Assembly: GCA_964234715.1 (NCBI GenBank)
Contig: OZ174285.1
Origin: Podarcis melisellensis
Taxonomy: Eukaryota
Strand: one strand, 5' to 3'
Length of the DNA stretch: 64,000 nt
Positions 41,172 to 52,978 of this stretch are shown in pieces. Under the pieces are notes generated by a model. That model was not told where the DNA came from. It made no database searches and worked only from the letters and a program-made list of their open reading frames with translations. A program made the translations under genes and the position numbers. How positions within the stretch are numbered: the first letter of the stretch is position 1; each line of letters begins with the position of its first letter.

Positions 41172-42887
41172 TACATTGGTCCTCCAATTATTCTGTAGAA
41201 GAGCTCTTGCTTTCAGGACGGCGGCTTCCTCTAACCAAATGTCTGGGGATCTCCTCGCGCCTTCAGGCTTAGATGGGTATCCAGGTGACCTCTTTTCTTT
41301 CTCTTTCTCTCCCCCAATAAGTCTTAATTACTGGCCTTTGCCTTCCTTGAGTGCTAATAAAACCCTCCTGCTGTCTGAAGTGGAACACAGAATTGCTCTG
41401 CGCTTGCTTTCAGTAAAGCCCCTTTCCCCTGGGGGCTTTCGGGATCTTAGACCGGCCTTGCCATGCCTGGCAAACGACCTGCCCTTGGGGATTCCAGGAC
41501 ATTGACGCTTCCCTGGCCGCTTCTGCTGAAGAGAAGGAGGGGGGGCGCCCTGGCCGGGGTCATCGGCTGGAGAGGAGGGTGGCACATCTTGCTGCCCCTC
41601 ATTGCCCAGAGAATGTGCAGCTCTGCTCCTGGCAGGGAAGGGGGACTGTTTCTTGCAAGCAGTGGCTTCAGCCACACAGTTAGGACCTGCAGATCCTCAG
41701 GTGGCTTGAAAGAGTTGGCTGGTTAGATCTGTCCGTGCCTCGGATGTGCCTCCTGGGCTTGGCCTGCGCTTGGATGGGGGACAGGCCAGGAGCCCCCCAT
41801 GCTGCTGTCCTGAGCTCATGCGGAAGATTGGGGGAGGTCCGTTTCACCTTGGGGAAGAGCCCAGGAGCCACTGGCCCTCAGCGAGGAGAGACCAGAAGCT
41901 CCCTGGACCTTGTAGTTGCAGCGTGTGGGTCACTTCTTGGCAAAAGGTGCCGCTCAACTTGGAGAGCACCCAGCTGTCTGCCAGAGAAGGGGGTGGACAG
42001 GAGGGACTTTGGAAAAAGAGAAGAGGAGAAATCTGTGCACAAGGTCTCATGCTTGAGACGACTGACCTGGGGCAAGATGGAGGCATCATGCGCCTCAATG
42101 GCCTTGTGGGAAGTGTCTCTCTCGTCACCTGGGCAGGCGGACAGTGCAACCTGTCTTCAACTTTTAGATTTGTATCCCACTTTTGCTCCACAACGAAACT
42201 CGAGGCAAAGTCATGGGGTTCCCCGCTAGTCTCCCATCCAGCGCCAGACCAGACCCAGAGCTGCCCAGCTGCAGCAAGGCGGCTGCTTTGTGCCCTTTCG
42301 AACTTGACCTGGCGACCTCTGTGGAGCAGGCAACTGCTTCTCCCGGCTGGTTCAGGAAGCTGCATGTGCTGGATTCGGAAGCTCGTTTTAGAGAGGCTGG
42401 AGGAGCCTGGAAATCCAGGAGGCCAAACCCAGTGCCCCCCCCCCATTCCTTCTGGTTTGCCCAAGGACCGGGCTGGCTTGGGTGAGACGGGGGGCAGAGG
42501 GCGCTCCAGAAGACTCTCCAGCATTGGGGGCTGCTTTTGTTTCTAGGGATTTCCTTTGTGCTTCCAGCTCTAGGAGATGTGCAGCATCTTAGCAGGAGGA
42601 CCAGCCCTAAGAAGCTGTTTTCCTCTCATTGCCATGGCAACCAGAAATTCTTCCCATCTATTTTTGAAGTGCTGTGTGGAAAATCAGCTCCGGGCCCCAA
42701 CCGGATGAACTGCCATGCCCTGTGATCGTTAGCAGGATCCCAGGTTGTGGGGATTTCGTGGGTTTTGGACATGCACCGTATGGCAGGGCGTTCTGCCCTG
42801 CGGATGTGCGGAGGCTCCTGTTTTTGTGGCAGGTTGCTGGGAAAGGATCCGATTGAATTACTCACCTGACAGCATTCTCATTCCTTC

Positions 42888-42950
42888 TCCCTCCCCCCCT
42901 CCCTCCCTCCCTCCCTCCCTCCCTCCCTCCCTCCCTCCCTCCCTCCCTCT
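42888..42950. repeat. (CCCT)n tetranucleotide repeat in the pyrimidine tract
   Basis: Read directly; lies just upstream of exon 42980. Confidence 0.95.
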
Positions 42951-42979
42951 CTCCTCGTCTCTCTCCACCTTCCTCACAG

Positions 42980-43106
42980 AACACGAGAAGCACCGGCTGT
43001 GCAAAAGCGCCGACTACATGAACTTGCACTTCAAAGTGAAGTGGCTCTACAACGAGTATGTCTGCAGCCTGCCAGCCTTTGCCGGGAAAATACCTGAGTA
43101 CCCTGC
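42980..43106 (+). CDS. UNC13B: MUN exon [26 protein letters not shown]...PEYP
   Basis: TCACAG / TGC|GTAAGT; phase 1 to 2. Confidence 0.97.
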
Positions 43107-43659
43107 GTAAGTAACCTGGCTCACCCTGGGACCTCCGGCTCCCTTGCAAGGCACACACCCCTTGCCCCCCCCCCTGCGCCACTGCCTCCCCCCTTCGGAA
43201 AGCGGAGGCGCCTTAAGTTCTCCGGAGGATTCGGCTGTGTGACTCACAGTGCCCTTTCCCGACGGCCTCAGCCTCCTTCCTCTTAGGGGTACGTGAAGCA
43301 GGATGCTGTCTCTCCAGGTTAAAATGCTCCCTGGTGCAAGGGAGGCCTTTCTGAGGCGTGGGGTTACCTCCTGGAAAGGCCAGTCTCTGCCACTTACTCT
43401 TTCGGTTGTCCAACGAGACACACATTTCTGTTGGTGTTTGTTCACCGCCACCACCCCATTCAAGAAGAAACCTTAGAGGGCTCAGCCCAGCATCACAAAA
43501 GAAGTTCCAAAGGCCGGCCGTCTGCTGCCAGAGGGCTCTGAGCTGGGAGGAGAAGCCAGAGCTATCTGTCCTTGCTTAGTCCCTCTCCTGGAGGCTGAGG
43601 GGGCAGCTCTGGCACCAGATGTTGCCTCTGGCCCCACAGAGGAAGAGCTGATGTAGAGT

Positions 43660-44172
43660 AATGGAATCATAGAATTGGGAGGGACCCAAGGGCCATCTAG
43701 TCCAACCCCTGCAGTGCAGGAATCTCAGCTAAAGAATCCCTACCCAATGGCCATCCAAGCTCTGCTTTAAAACCTCCAAGGAAGGAGGGAGTCCGTTCCA
43801 CTGTCGAGCAGCTCTTCCTGTCAGAAAGTTCTTCCTGATGCTTAGTCAGAATCTCCTTTCTTGTAACTTGAAGCCATGGGTTCGAGTCCTGCCCTCCAGG
43901 GCAGGAGAAAACAAGCATCCTCCACCCTCCATGTGGCAGCCCTTGAGATATTTGAAGACAGCTATCATAGCTCCTCTCAGTCTCCTCTTTTCCAGGCTAA
44001 GCATACCCAGCTCCTTCAACCGTTCCTCATCAGGCTTGGTTGCCAGACCCTTGATCATCTTGCTTGACCTCTTCTGCACACCTCCCAGCTTATCAACATC
44101 CTCCTTAAATTGTGGTGCCCAGAACTGAGCGCAGTATTCCCGGTGGGGTCTGACCAAGGCAGAATAGATTGA
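43660..44172 (-). mobile_element. CR1 LINE 3' fragment (ORF2 C-terminus + tail)
   Basis: YSALVRPHREYCAQFWAPQFKEDVDKL...LSLEKRRLRG is typical of CR1 RT; ATTCTATGATTC terminus. Confidence 0.92.
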
Positions 44173-44324
44173 CTTGCAGCTCTGTTCTGCCCCTTTCTCT
44201 CTTAGGTCTCCAGTTAGGTCTCCCTTGAGGGGAGAGCCACAAAGGCCCTTGCCAGCCCCTCCCACTTTCCTCCAAGGGCTCATCCAGACTTCCTTTTGCA
44301 CCACTCAAAAAGGTTCCCCAGCCC

Positions 44325-44480
44325 TTCTTATAAAAGGCCAGATCAGACCCTTGGTCCATCTATCTTGGTGGTATTGACTCTGACTGGCAGCAGCTGCCCA
44401 GGCTTTCAGGCTGGAGTCCATCCCAGCCGTGCCTGTAGCTCCAGAGCCCTTGTTCATGCAGCACTGAGCTACAGCCCTTC
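44325..44480 (-). mobile_element. tRNA-derived SINE (Squam3-like), degenerate
   Basis: tcagacccttggtccatcta...ctgactggcagcagct...cactgagctacagccc resembles the recalled squamate SINE consensus. Confidence 0.6.
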
Positions 44481-46283
44481 ATGTTTGCAAAGGGGGAGAG
44501 ACCTGCCCCCCGGCGCTAGCAGTGTCAGAAGCAGGGCAAACACATGCAGCCTTGCCGTTCCTTGTGTGCCATCCTAGGCCATAGAAAGGGGAAGGAGATC
44601 GTAAGAGCAGGAAGAAGTTTGCTCAGTTAGCATCCTTGCTGGAAGTCTGCCAGCACTTCTTGGCAAAGCTCCAGAAATTAAATGCAGCGTCTGATTCTGG
44701 GGCTGAATTGCTCCTGTAGCTGTGAAGTTTCAGGCTGTGGATTAGAGCAGAACCTGGACCTGATTGGGGTCCAAAGTACCTCCTGAGTCTCTCGTGGGCT
44801 GGAGCAAGGCTTCCTTCCTGGCCTTGTCCTGGACAAAAGAAGGTTGTCACGTGTGATATGCTGCCTTGTTAACTGTGGTTCCAGACCTTTCTGGTCTTGT
44901 GGAAACTGCCTTTGGAGTCTGCGCAGCCGCCAGCAAGAGCCTCCATCAGAATCCCGGCATGCTCTGGACCTCTTGGGTGCAGCCAGGCGTTGGCTCCCTG
45001 GTCCTGGACCTGCAAAACAGTCTGAAGAAGGAAGTGTTCCGGAGTGTGAATCAGACGCCAGGATCGGCAGCCACGCTGTGCCTCTGTGTTTCTGAGCTGT
45101 GAAAGGCAGAGTGTTCGGATCACGTAGAAGAGATGGCGCGCGTTCCGTCCTGCTCATTATTAAGGGCTAATTACCCCCTTCCCCAAGCCAATTCCACGCT
45201 TCCTGTTTCTAGCCCACATGAGAATCTCCGCTGCCGGCTTCCACCACACACAGCCCCGACTCTGAGCCCAGCGCCAAGGATGATTCAGTCGCTTTCAGGA
45301 GGATAACAAATCCGCATTTCTGAGCTGTCTCCCTGTGCACCAGACTTGCCTAGGCTGCCCCACCGAGAAAGCCAGGAGAACGCTGCACCCACCGAGTGGT
45401 TGGATGGCAAGGAACCTGGCTCTAAATTGGCCCAAGTCACCTGCTTTGCCTTGGCTGTGTGGCGAATTGGGCTGTTAGTCAGCCACCTGCCATCTGCGGA
45501 TGGAGAACGGATCTAAATGCTAAGCATTACTAAGCAGAGGGTGCACTGAGAGCCAGTGTGATCTTGGCTGCCCTCTGGACTGCCTCTTGATGGCAGCCCT
45601 GTTGCCATGGCACTTCTCTGCCACCTCCCAGCACCTTCTGCCACTGGGCCAGGCTCATATTTCAGCCCAGGGGCTGTTTGCAGACACCTCCTGCCTCTTC
45701 CAACCCCCAGCCTTGCCTCGCCTCTTGGCAGCAGCCCTGGCAGGATCCCGGGTTTGGTGCATGTGCGTTTGCTGAGTCACTTGCTTTCCTAATAATCTGC
45801 ATCGCCATCAAATTTGGACGATATTAACACTTCCCTGCTTTGGCTTTCTCTCCAAATGTCAGCAAACAACTTAAGGCAAACCGGAGCCTCGTCACAGTTG
45901 GAAGCGGGGCTCTGCGTGGGCAAGAGATGGAAAAATAACATGTGATGGCGTCGTTGCCCACTGCTGGCGGACTCCAGTTGGTTCAAAGAGTAGGGGGAAG
46001 GTGCTGGGCAAGAGCACCCAGTTTCGCTTCCCTTCCTTCCAGCCTCCGTGCTCAAACAGGCAGAGAACTCGCTTTGCCTGTGGGCCGTCAGAGCCTTCCT
46101 CCCAACCCCGGCGTCTCCTCACTTGCAGCTGCGCTTTCCTTTCCTTGGCACCGCAGGGAGTGTTCAGCGCTGCCGAGAAAGGCTGGCCTTGCTCTTGACT
46201 GCCTTAGCAGGTGGCACCAGCCCCTGATAGTCTTCTGGCTCAGCGGAGGCCTGCCCAGCCTTAGCAGGAACGGTGGAGGGAGT

Positions 46284-46647
46284 GGGAAGAGAAGAATGAG
46301 AGGTGAAACGAGAGCCATCTTCCAGTATCTCAGGGGCTGCCTCCTGGAAGATGGAGCAGCCTTCTTTTCTGCTGCTCCAGAGGGGAGGACATGAACCAGT
46401 GGCCTCAAGTTCCAAGAAGAGATTCCAACTAAACATCAGGAAGAAATTTCTGATGGTGAGAGCTGGTCAGCGCTGGAACAGACTCCCTCGGAAGGCGATG
46501 GGCTCTCTTTCATTGGAGGTTTCCAAACAGGTTGGATGGCCACCTGTCAGTCAGGGATTCTTCACTGTGATTCCTGCATTGCCGTGGGTTTGCCTAGATG
46601 TTCCTTGGGTGTCCCTTCCAACTTTGCAAATACATGACTCTATGATT
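46284..46647 (+). mobile_element. CR1 LINE 3' fragment
   Basis: KRRMRG...IFQYLRGC...FQLNIRKKFL...WNRLP; tail gactctatgatt. Confidence 0.88.
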
Positions 46648-48616
46648 ACAGCACTTGAGCAACTCTCAAGAGGCTTACGCTTTTTCCCAAGGTGTCAGAG
46701 ATTCCCTAGCCTTCCTTCTTACCCTCCAGCAGGCCTTGCGCTCCTCCATGAAGACTCCCTGGTCTCTCCCAGCTCTCTGTCTGGAGGTTTCCAGCTGCCT
46801 CTGTCATGGGAATCTGCAGCCCGCTGCTGGCCTGATGTGGCTGTTCCTGTCCAGTCCGGATGGGACTCTTGCATTGTTTGAGGGCTGCTGGTTCTGGGTC
46901 CTAATCATGGCTCAAGTGCCTCCCAGGCACTGCACAAGCATCTACTGCCATCAGCACATGTTAAAGGGGTGCATAGAAGGTCTCAATAGAAAACTTCGCT
47001 GTGCCTCAGAATTTTGGGGGCGTGTTTGTCTCGTAGCCCCAATACGGGGTGCCTAATTCCTGGACCACTTTTGTGTGCAATCAAATTTCTCAGATTCTTG
47101 TGAAATGTCTCAACTGCAAAATACCATGCCGGGTGTGCATTCAAACAGAGCTTTGTGGTGCTTGCAACTTGCTGGAAACTTGCTGGCTGCGGTACGGATG
47201 GGCCGATGCCAGCTTTTTAACACCGTGCCAATTACAATTCCCAGCATCGGGTAGGCTGTGCCTTTCTATTCTGAAGTGTGAAGGGTTATTTCAGGCTTCC
47301 CAGCATGCTCTGGGCTTTGCTCTCGCTCCCTCCGTAGTGTCTCTCACTTTCTTTGCAAATTTAAGCACCCCATAATTAGCGCCGTTTGTATAAACTCAGC
47401 TGCGGGTTTGGAGAGGGCCGTAATCGGCTGCGAAGATCGCACAATGTGCCGCTTTGTTGACTCCCCTTCCCTTGTTTGCAAGCACCTTGTGTTTCAGCCA
47501 CGTTTCTAGACAGAGGCGGACTCTGGCTCCGCACGAACACAAGCAGGCAGACAGAAGCCTCGCAGCGCCAGGCGGGTGTTTCTGTTCTCCTGGGGACGAA
47601 GAGCCCCCTGCCCTCTTCCGTGGCTTGTTCTGCCTCCGGGGCCTGAAGATGCCTCTTCTCTGGCTGCTGTCGGAACTTCAGACAGTCCTGGTTGACAAAG
47701 AACCGATCCTGAAAAGCAGTGCCTGGACTGGGAGGGGTGAGGAGCAGCCCAGGGCAATCCAGCCCATGTGAACAGAGTTTAGGGTGATTTTGGGTCTGGG
47801 CAGGCGGGAGGGGGAGCCTGTGCCATCCCTCGACTGCTTTCCAGAGCAGTGTCATCTGCCGCAAGAAGACACACAAACACAAGCTTGGGAGAGAAGCCAT
47901 CTAGTTGACATGCACCTAAACAGAAAGATTCAATCATCCAGCATTTAGGTAAAACGAGTGAAGCAACCCGAAGGCCAGTCACTCTGTTCTCCACACTTGG
48001 AGGGAATAACGGCAAGCTGTCCTTCTTTCTCTGAAAGAGATTCTGCCTCGGGAGAGAGAGCTCTCGCTGCATCAGCTCTTATTAGGGTATAAATGGAGAC
48101 ATAAATGGAGACCAATTTCCCCCCAACTGGTCTTTTGTCTGCCTCGCCATAACTTTCTGCAATCTGCAGCTCTGTCACTTTCCCAATATCCCATCTCTTA
48201 CATCGATTCTGGGCCTCTGGGGATGCTGTGATAGCCTTGGCTGTGGCAAAGAAGACGTGCAGTCAGTGTTTCAGAAATACCTGGCACACGTGAGGCAGAC
48301 TCAGAATGCCCACAGCCCATGGGGCCACATCCAGACCTTGGGTCCCTGCCCCTTCCTTGGGTGTTTAGTCAAGAGCAGGATTCTCCCTTCATGCAAATCC
48401 CTGTATTTTCCTTCCCTGCAGTTTGCAGTGCTACAGAGGCAGAGGACATGAAATGAAGGAGGGAGGGGGAAAGAGGGGGGCAAGGGCCTGTGAATATTCT
48501 GTCTCCTTCCAATGCTGGGGGGCAGTTTTGGGCGAGTTTGGTCCCAGAGCGGCCGGCTGCTGGGGAAGGGCTTTGCAAACGCAAATGACGTGGGCTTCCC
48601 TCCCTCCCCAACTCAG

Positions 48617-48713
48617 GTGGTTTGAGCAGTTTGTGATGCAGTGGCTGGATGAGAATGAAGACGTGTCCCTGGAATTTTTGCATGGAGCTCTGGAGAGAGA
48701 TAAGAAGGATGGG
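48617..48713 (+). CDS. UNC13B: MUN exon [17 protein letters not shown]...DKKDG
   Basis: ACTCAG / GGG|GTAAGG; phase 2 to 0. Confidence 0.96.
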
Positions 48714-49234
48714 GTAAGGTTTTGGAACACAGAAATAAAGTAAATCATCAAACCATCAATTCTAGCATGTGGGGACCACCTAAATTGTATAATTTGGTAT
48801 TTGAATGATTGGTATTATGAATTGTGTTATAATTTGGCATTGATATAATGAGGCTGTTATTGGATTATTGGACAATGGTGCTGTTATCCAATGTTTGAAT
48901 TGTTGTATGGCTTGTGTGTTTTCCCGCCCTGCCGTGTATAAACTTAATAAATAAGGAAGCCAACGGGTATCCTTCAGGATTGTGGAAAGCTTGGTAGAGA
49001 ACAGAAAAGTGTTACAGCAATTCAGTAAGTGAGCAAGTATTTGTTTTATTCATTTATTTCATAAAGCATATACACTGCTTCATTGTAAAAATGAAGCAAA
49101 ACCTCAAAGCAGTTTACCAAAACGTAAAACAAGAAAACCCAGAAAAAAATTACAAAACATACAAAAAGTTAAAATGCTAATGCAGATTAAAATTCACATG
49201 GTAAAAGGCTTGCATGAACTCAAAGGCACCAGGT

Positions 49235-49306
49235 AGAATCACAGAATCGTGGAGTTAGAAGAGACCCCGAAGGTCCTTGAGTCCAGCCCCCTGCAGTGCA
49301 GGAATC
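49235..49306 (-). mobile_element. CR1-type 3' tail
   Basis: agaatcacagaatc...ccctgcagtgcaggaatc. Confidence 0.75.
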
Positions 49307-49404
49307 TTTTGCCCTGCATTGACATTCAAACCCATGACCCTGAAATTAAGATTCTTGAGCTATCCGGTCTTTCTTCACCCTGCGTGTTTCTTGTTTGTGT
49401 TCAG

Positions 49405-49548
49405 TTCCAGCAGACATCTGAGCATGCTCTCTTCTCCTGCTCGGTGGTGGATGTCTTCACCCAGCTCAACCAGAGTTTTGAAATCATCAAGAAGCTGGAA
49501 TGCCCCGACCCGGCCATCCTGGCCTGCTACATGCGGCGCTTTGCCAAG
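49405..49548 (+). CDS. UNC13B: MUN exon [18 protein letters not shown]...MRRFAK
   Basis: GTTCAG / AAG|GTGATG; 144 nt. Confidence 0.96.
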
Positions 49549-49755
49549 GTGATGCCCCTGCTCCCACGGGATCTCTAGGAGCCTCGTTCTCCGGGGGAAA
49601 GGGGTGCAATTATCATCACAGTCAACAGCAGCATTTGTTAGTGGCTTTTTGCCAAAACAGAACCTCAGAGAGACTTAACCAGATGAAATTCAGCTGTGAC
49701 AAACCATTAAATGTTTCTCTTGTGCCACTCAGTAACGTTTCTGGTCTCCTTGCAG

Positions 49756-49833
49756 ACCATCGGGAAGGTGCTGATGCAGTACGCAGACATCGTCTCCCGG
49801 AATTTCCAGGCCTACTGCTCTAAGGAGAAAGTG
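49756..49833 (+). CDS. UNC13B: MUN exon [26 protein letters not shown]
   Basis: TTGCAG / GTG|GTGAGT; 78 nt. Confidence 0.96.
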
Positions 49834-50040
49834 GTGAGTCCTTCTGCCTGGTTGGGGTGGAGAACGCAGAGGACAAACGGGGAGAAGACGTGCCCCTCTC
49901 TTCTTAGACATATCCTCAAGGCCAGGCGCCTTTGGGCAGATAGCTGCCCACCCAAGACCTCGTTGCACAGATGGCTCTGATACCAAGTTAGTGTGGAGCC
50001 AGCATGCAGGGGCCCTTGCTTAACTTGCAAGATTTGTTTA

Positions 50041-50063
50041 GTGTGTGTGTGTGTGTGTGTGTG

Positions 50064-50101
<38 letters not shown>
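50041..50101. repeat. (GT)12-AT-(AC)n self-complementary microsatellite
   Basis: Perfect palindrome 50041-50090 centred on GTATAC. Confidence 0.95.
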
Positions 50102-50102
<1 letters not shown>

Positions 50103-50781
50103 TGCCAGAAGCCACCCAGAGTTGCTGTGGCAACCCAGTCAGGTGAGTGACGTTGAAATATTAAAATTGTTGTCTGTAGGCAGACGGGCATTCTTGGAAT
50201 GCACTTTTTGCAGCCTGGTTCTCAAGGCAAGAGGTGCCTCATAACCCTTTTCTGCTGCTTAGGAGCAGAAAGTTGCTCAGCCTTCGCTCACAGAAGGGTA
50301 ACAAAATGAGAGGCGCTTCCCGTCCCCGAACGTCGTGCTTGTTCGTTCATTGGTTCCCCGGTAGCTAGTGCTCTTTCTGCCTTGACAAAATGTTCCCTCT
50401 GGCCCTCCCCTCCCTCTCTCCAACTCCTGATAGTGATGGGAGGGCATGAGGTCTGGGACGGGGGTGGGGGCATGGCACTCCAGCCATTTCACTTGTTTCT
50501 CACTCCAAGACTCTCTGCCTGTTGGGCTTCCAGCTCCAAACATCAACTGGGCTTCTCGGAAACTGGCGGGGAGAGAGAGATCCCTTCACTTCCTGCTGGC
50601 TGGGCTACTGAATTTGCAGAACTCGCTTCCCTCCTGAGGAAGAAAGGTCTTCCTCCATCCATCCATCCCTGGCCTCCTCGCCTGTATCTGGCCTGAAGGC
50701 TTTGCGCAGAGAGAGTCAGTGGCCTTCGCATTTGTCTGTCTCACCAGTAACCTGTCTTTGGTGTTTTCTCCTTCTGCTCAG

Positions 50782-50859
50782 CCCTGCATCCTGATGAACA
50801 ACATCCAGCAGCTGAGGGTGCAGCTGGAGAAGATGTTTGAAGCCATGGGGGCCAAGGAG
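50782..50859 (+). CDS. UNC13B: MUN exon [26 protein letters not shown]
   Basis: GCTCAG / GAG|GTGAGA; 78 nt. Confidence 0.96.
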
Positions 50860-51607
50860 GTGAGAGCTCGGAGGAGCCCTTCTGAGGGTGGGGCTCAGCG
50901 CTGCCTCGTAAGCTGGTTGGGGATTGGATTTTGTGGCTGGAGAAATGGGTAGCTTGCAGGCCTGCCCCTGATTGCATCATGCACCACCAAGAGTCAGAGT
51001 GGTGAACTATAATTCCCACCAGGCCCAGCCTGAAGGCTAATGGTCAGAAGGGGGGGGAGAGATGGACGGACATGTTGGCTACTCCTGTCATAGTCAGAGA
51101 AGGACGGGAAGATGAGATCACGGCCTTCGTTGAACACGTTTCCTAACTCTTGAGTTTCTAAAGGGTTCGTATGGATGTGCTGATTCTTACTTTATAAATG
51201 GCCTGAAACATTCACACCATCGGTTTGCCATGTGGCGGCCAACCTGAGTGAAGCTGGGTTGCTGAAAGCTGAGATGCAAATGTGCAAAGACTTTGCTGAA
51301 TGAGTCTGGTTTGAAAATGTGCTTCTTCCAGAAGCAAGTTCCAGCTGCTACAATTGGCTTTGGGTCATCCTTCGCAGCTGAACAGACTGTGTGTGCCCTT
51401 TCTCATTATTCTGGATGCTTGCTGGGCCTGTGTGGATACAGCTGTGTTGCCTGATGCCTTCCAAGCCCTAAACGCCTGTTGTCCTTAACTGGAGGCAGGA
51501 TTTCCCCCCTCTGTCGCTGATTCAAGCTGTGAGATTTTCTGTAATGCTGTGAGAATGCTTGGCCTAACCTTTGCATGTCTGTCTCTGTCTTTCCCTTGCT
51601 TTCCAAG

Positions 51608-51781
51608 ACTGAGAATGTGGAAGAGAAGGAGAAGGAGAAGGAGAAGGACCAGGATCAAAATCAGAATCAGGATGAGACTCAGAATCAGGATGAGAATCAG
51701 GAACAGAATCAGGAACAGGAAAAGGATCAGAATCAGGAACAGAATCAGAATCAGAATCCTGAACCGAGGAATCCTAAGGCT
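51608..51781 (+). CDS. UNC13B: candidate alternative exon encoding a 58-aa E/Q/N/D/K low-complexity insert
   Basis: CTAAC branch (51564-51568), long pyrimidine tract, CCAAG acceptor, phase-0 open frame, 174 nt. The donor GCT|GTTAGA is weak. Confidence 0.42.
51622..51760. repeat. compound hexamer repeat (GAGAAG)n(CAGAAT/CAGGAT/CAGGAA)n
   Basis: Read directly; overlaps the candidate exon. Confidence 0.92.
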
Positions 51782-51846
51782 GTTAGAATCCATATTGCTT
51801 ACTCTTAGCCTTAAGACACTTCCTCCTTAGCCGTGACTTCCTAGAT

Positions 51847-52052
51847 CAGAGCTTTCTAGACTGTGTGTCGCGACACGCTAGTGTGTCGGCTGCAGAATGT
51901 AGGTGTGTGGTGTGAATGCTCCTCGCGCTCCTCCCGGGGCTGGAAAGGGGTTAGTTTAACCTCCGGTTTACTTGTAAAACTGAATTCCTGTGTCATGAAA
52001 TGATGCCTGTCTAAAAAGTGTGTCCCCGACATGGAAAGTTTGGAAAGCTCTG
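51847..52052. mobile_element. hAT MITE
   Basis: TSD TCCTAGAT / CCCTAGAT; TIRs CAGAGCTTTCTAGACT / CAGAGCTTTCCAAACT. Confidence 0.85.
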
Positions 52053-52978
52053 CCCTAGATCCTGAATAGATGTAGGCTCTGCACGTGGCAGGGAACTCCA
52101 TGGTGGCACCTTGGCATGGGGTGGCTTCTCCCTGGCAGCATGTCAAGAAGCAGCTCAGAGCTCTGCAAAATATCCTTAGGAAAAAGCATGGAATGGGAAG
52201 TGATGGCAGAGGCTATTGGTGGGTGCGGAGAACAGACCCAGGCTGCCTTGGGCAAAGTGTTGCCATCCATCGGGTCTCTCTTGCTCCCTCTGGCCAACTT
52301 TGGTCTCCAGCACTGCTGCTAGGAAGAGGCCTTGGTGTCCCTGAAGTGCCTTAAGCGGTTTCCCCCTGGTGCCTCCATCCCAAGTTCTGCTCCGTGCAGA
52401 TTCTCAGTCCCTCTTGCCTTAGCCTGTGTGCCGTGCAGGGACTCAGAATGCTGTTCCTCAGCCTGGCTAGCGAGTGTCGGCCACTGAGATGACGTAGCTC
52501 TCCCGCTTTTGGATTTAGTCAGCTGAGCAAATAGCTAGAAACATTTGCTGCTCGTTTTAGTGCAGAGCTTCACCCTTCCCTCCCCGAAGCCTTTCCCCTT
52601 CCCAGCTTATCTAGAGTTTCCCATGAGTCACCTGCTGCTTTTTCTCTAGGTCTTCTGTAGCGGGAAGGCTTGCCAAATGAAAGCAAATCCTGCACTTACA
52701 GGAACTTGCCTTCCGGAATTAGAGTAGTCATAGTCATTGATGGCCTTATCTAGCTTGTCGTGTGTGAGTGTGTTGACCCTTTCGTTGTGAGTCTCCATGC
52801 AGCTGAGACTGGGGGGACATGGGAATAGCCTGCTGGATCAGACCAATGGCCCAATTGGTCCAGCGTCCATGGACCTCCATCAGGCATTTCCCAGTTTTTT
52901 GCAGGGGGTGGGTGGGTGGACAGGAGAATGGGGTTTTTAAAAGTTTTATGTCTGAGTACTCTTTTTCTTGCTCCAGAG

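Noticed and set aside
41735-42546. Overlapping ORFs of 164-266 aa on both strands
   Set aside because: GC-rich intron with no recognisable homology or exon boundaries.
43846-44304. 152-aa minus-strand ORF
   Set aside because: Truncated CR1 ORF2 C-terminus fused to flanking sequence.
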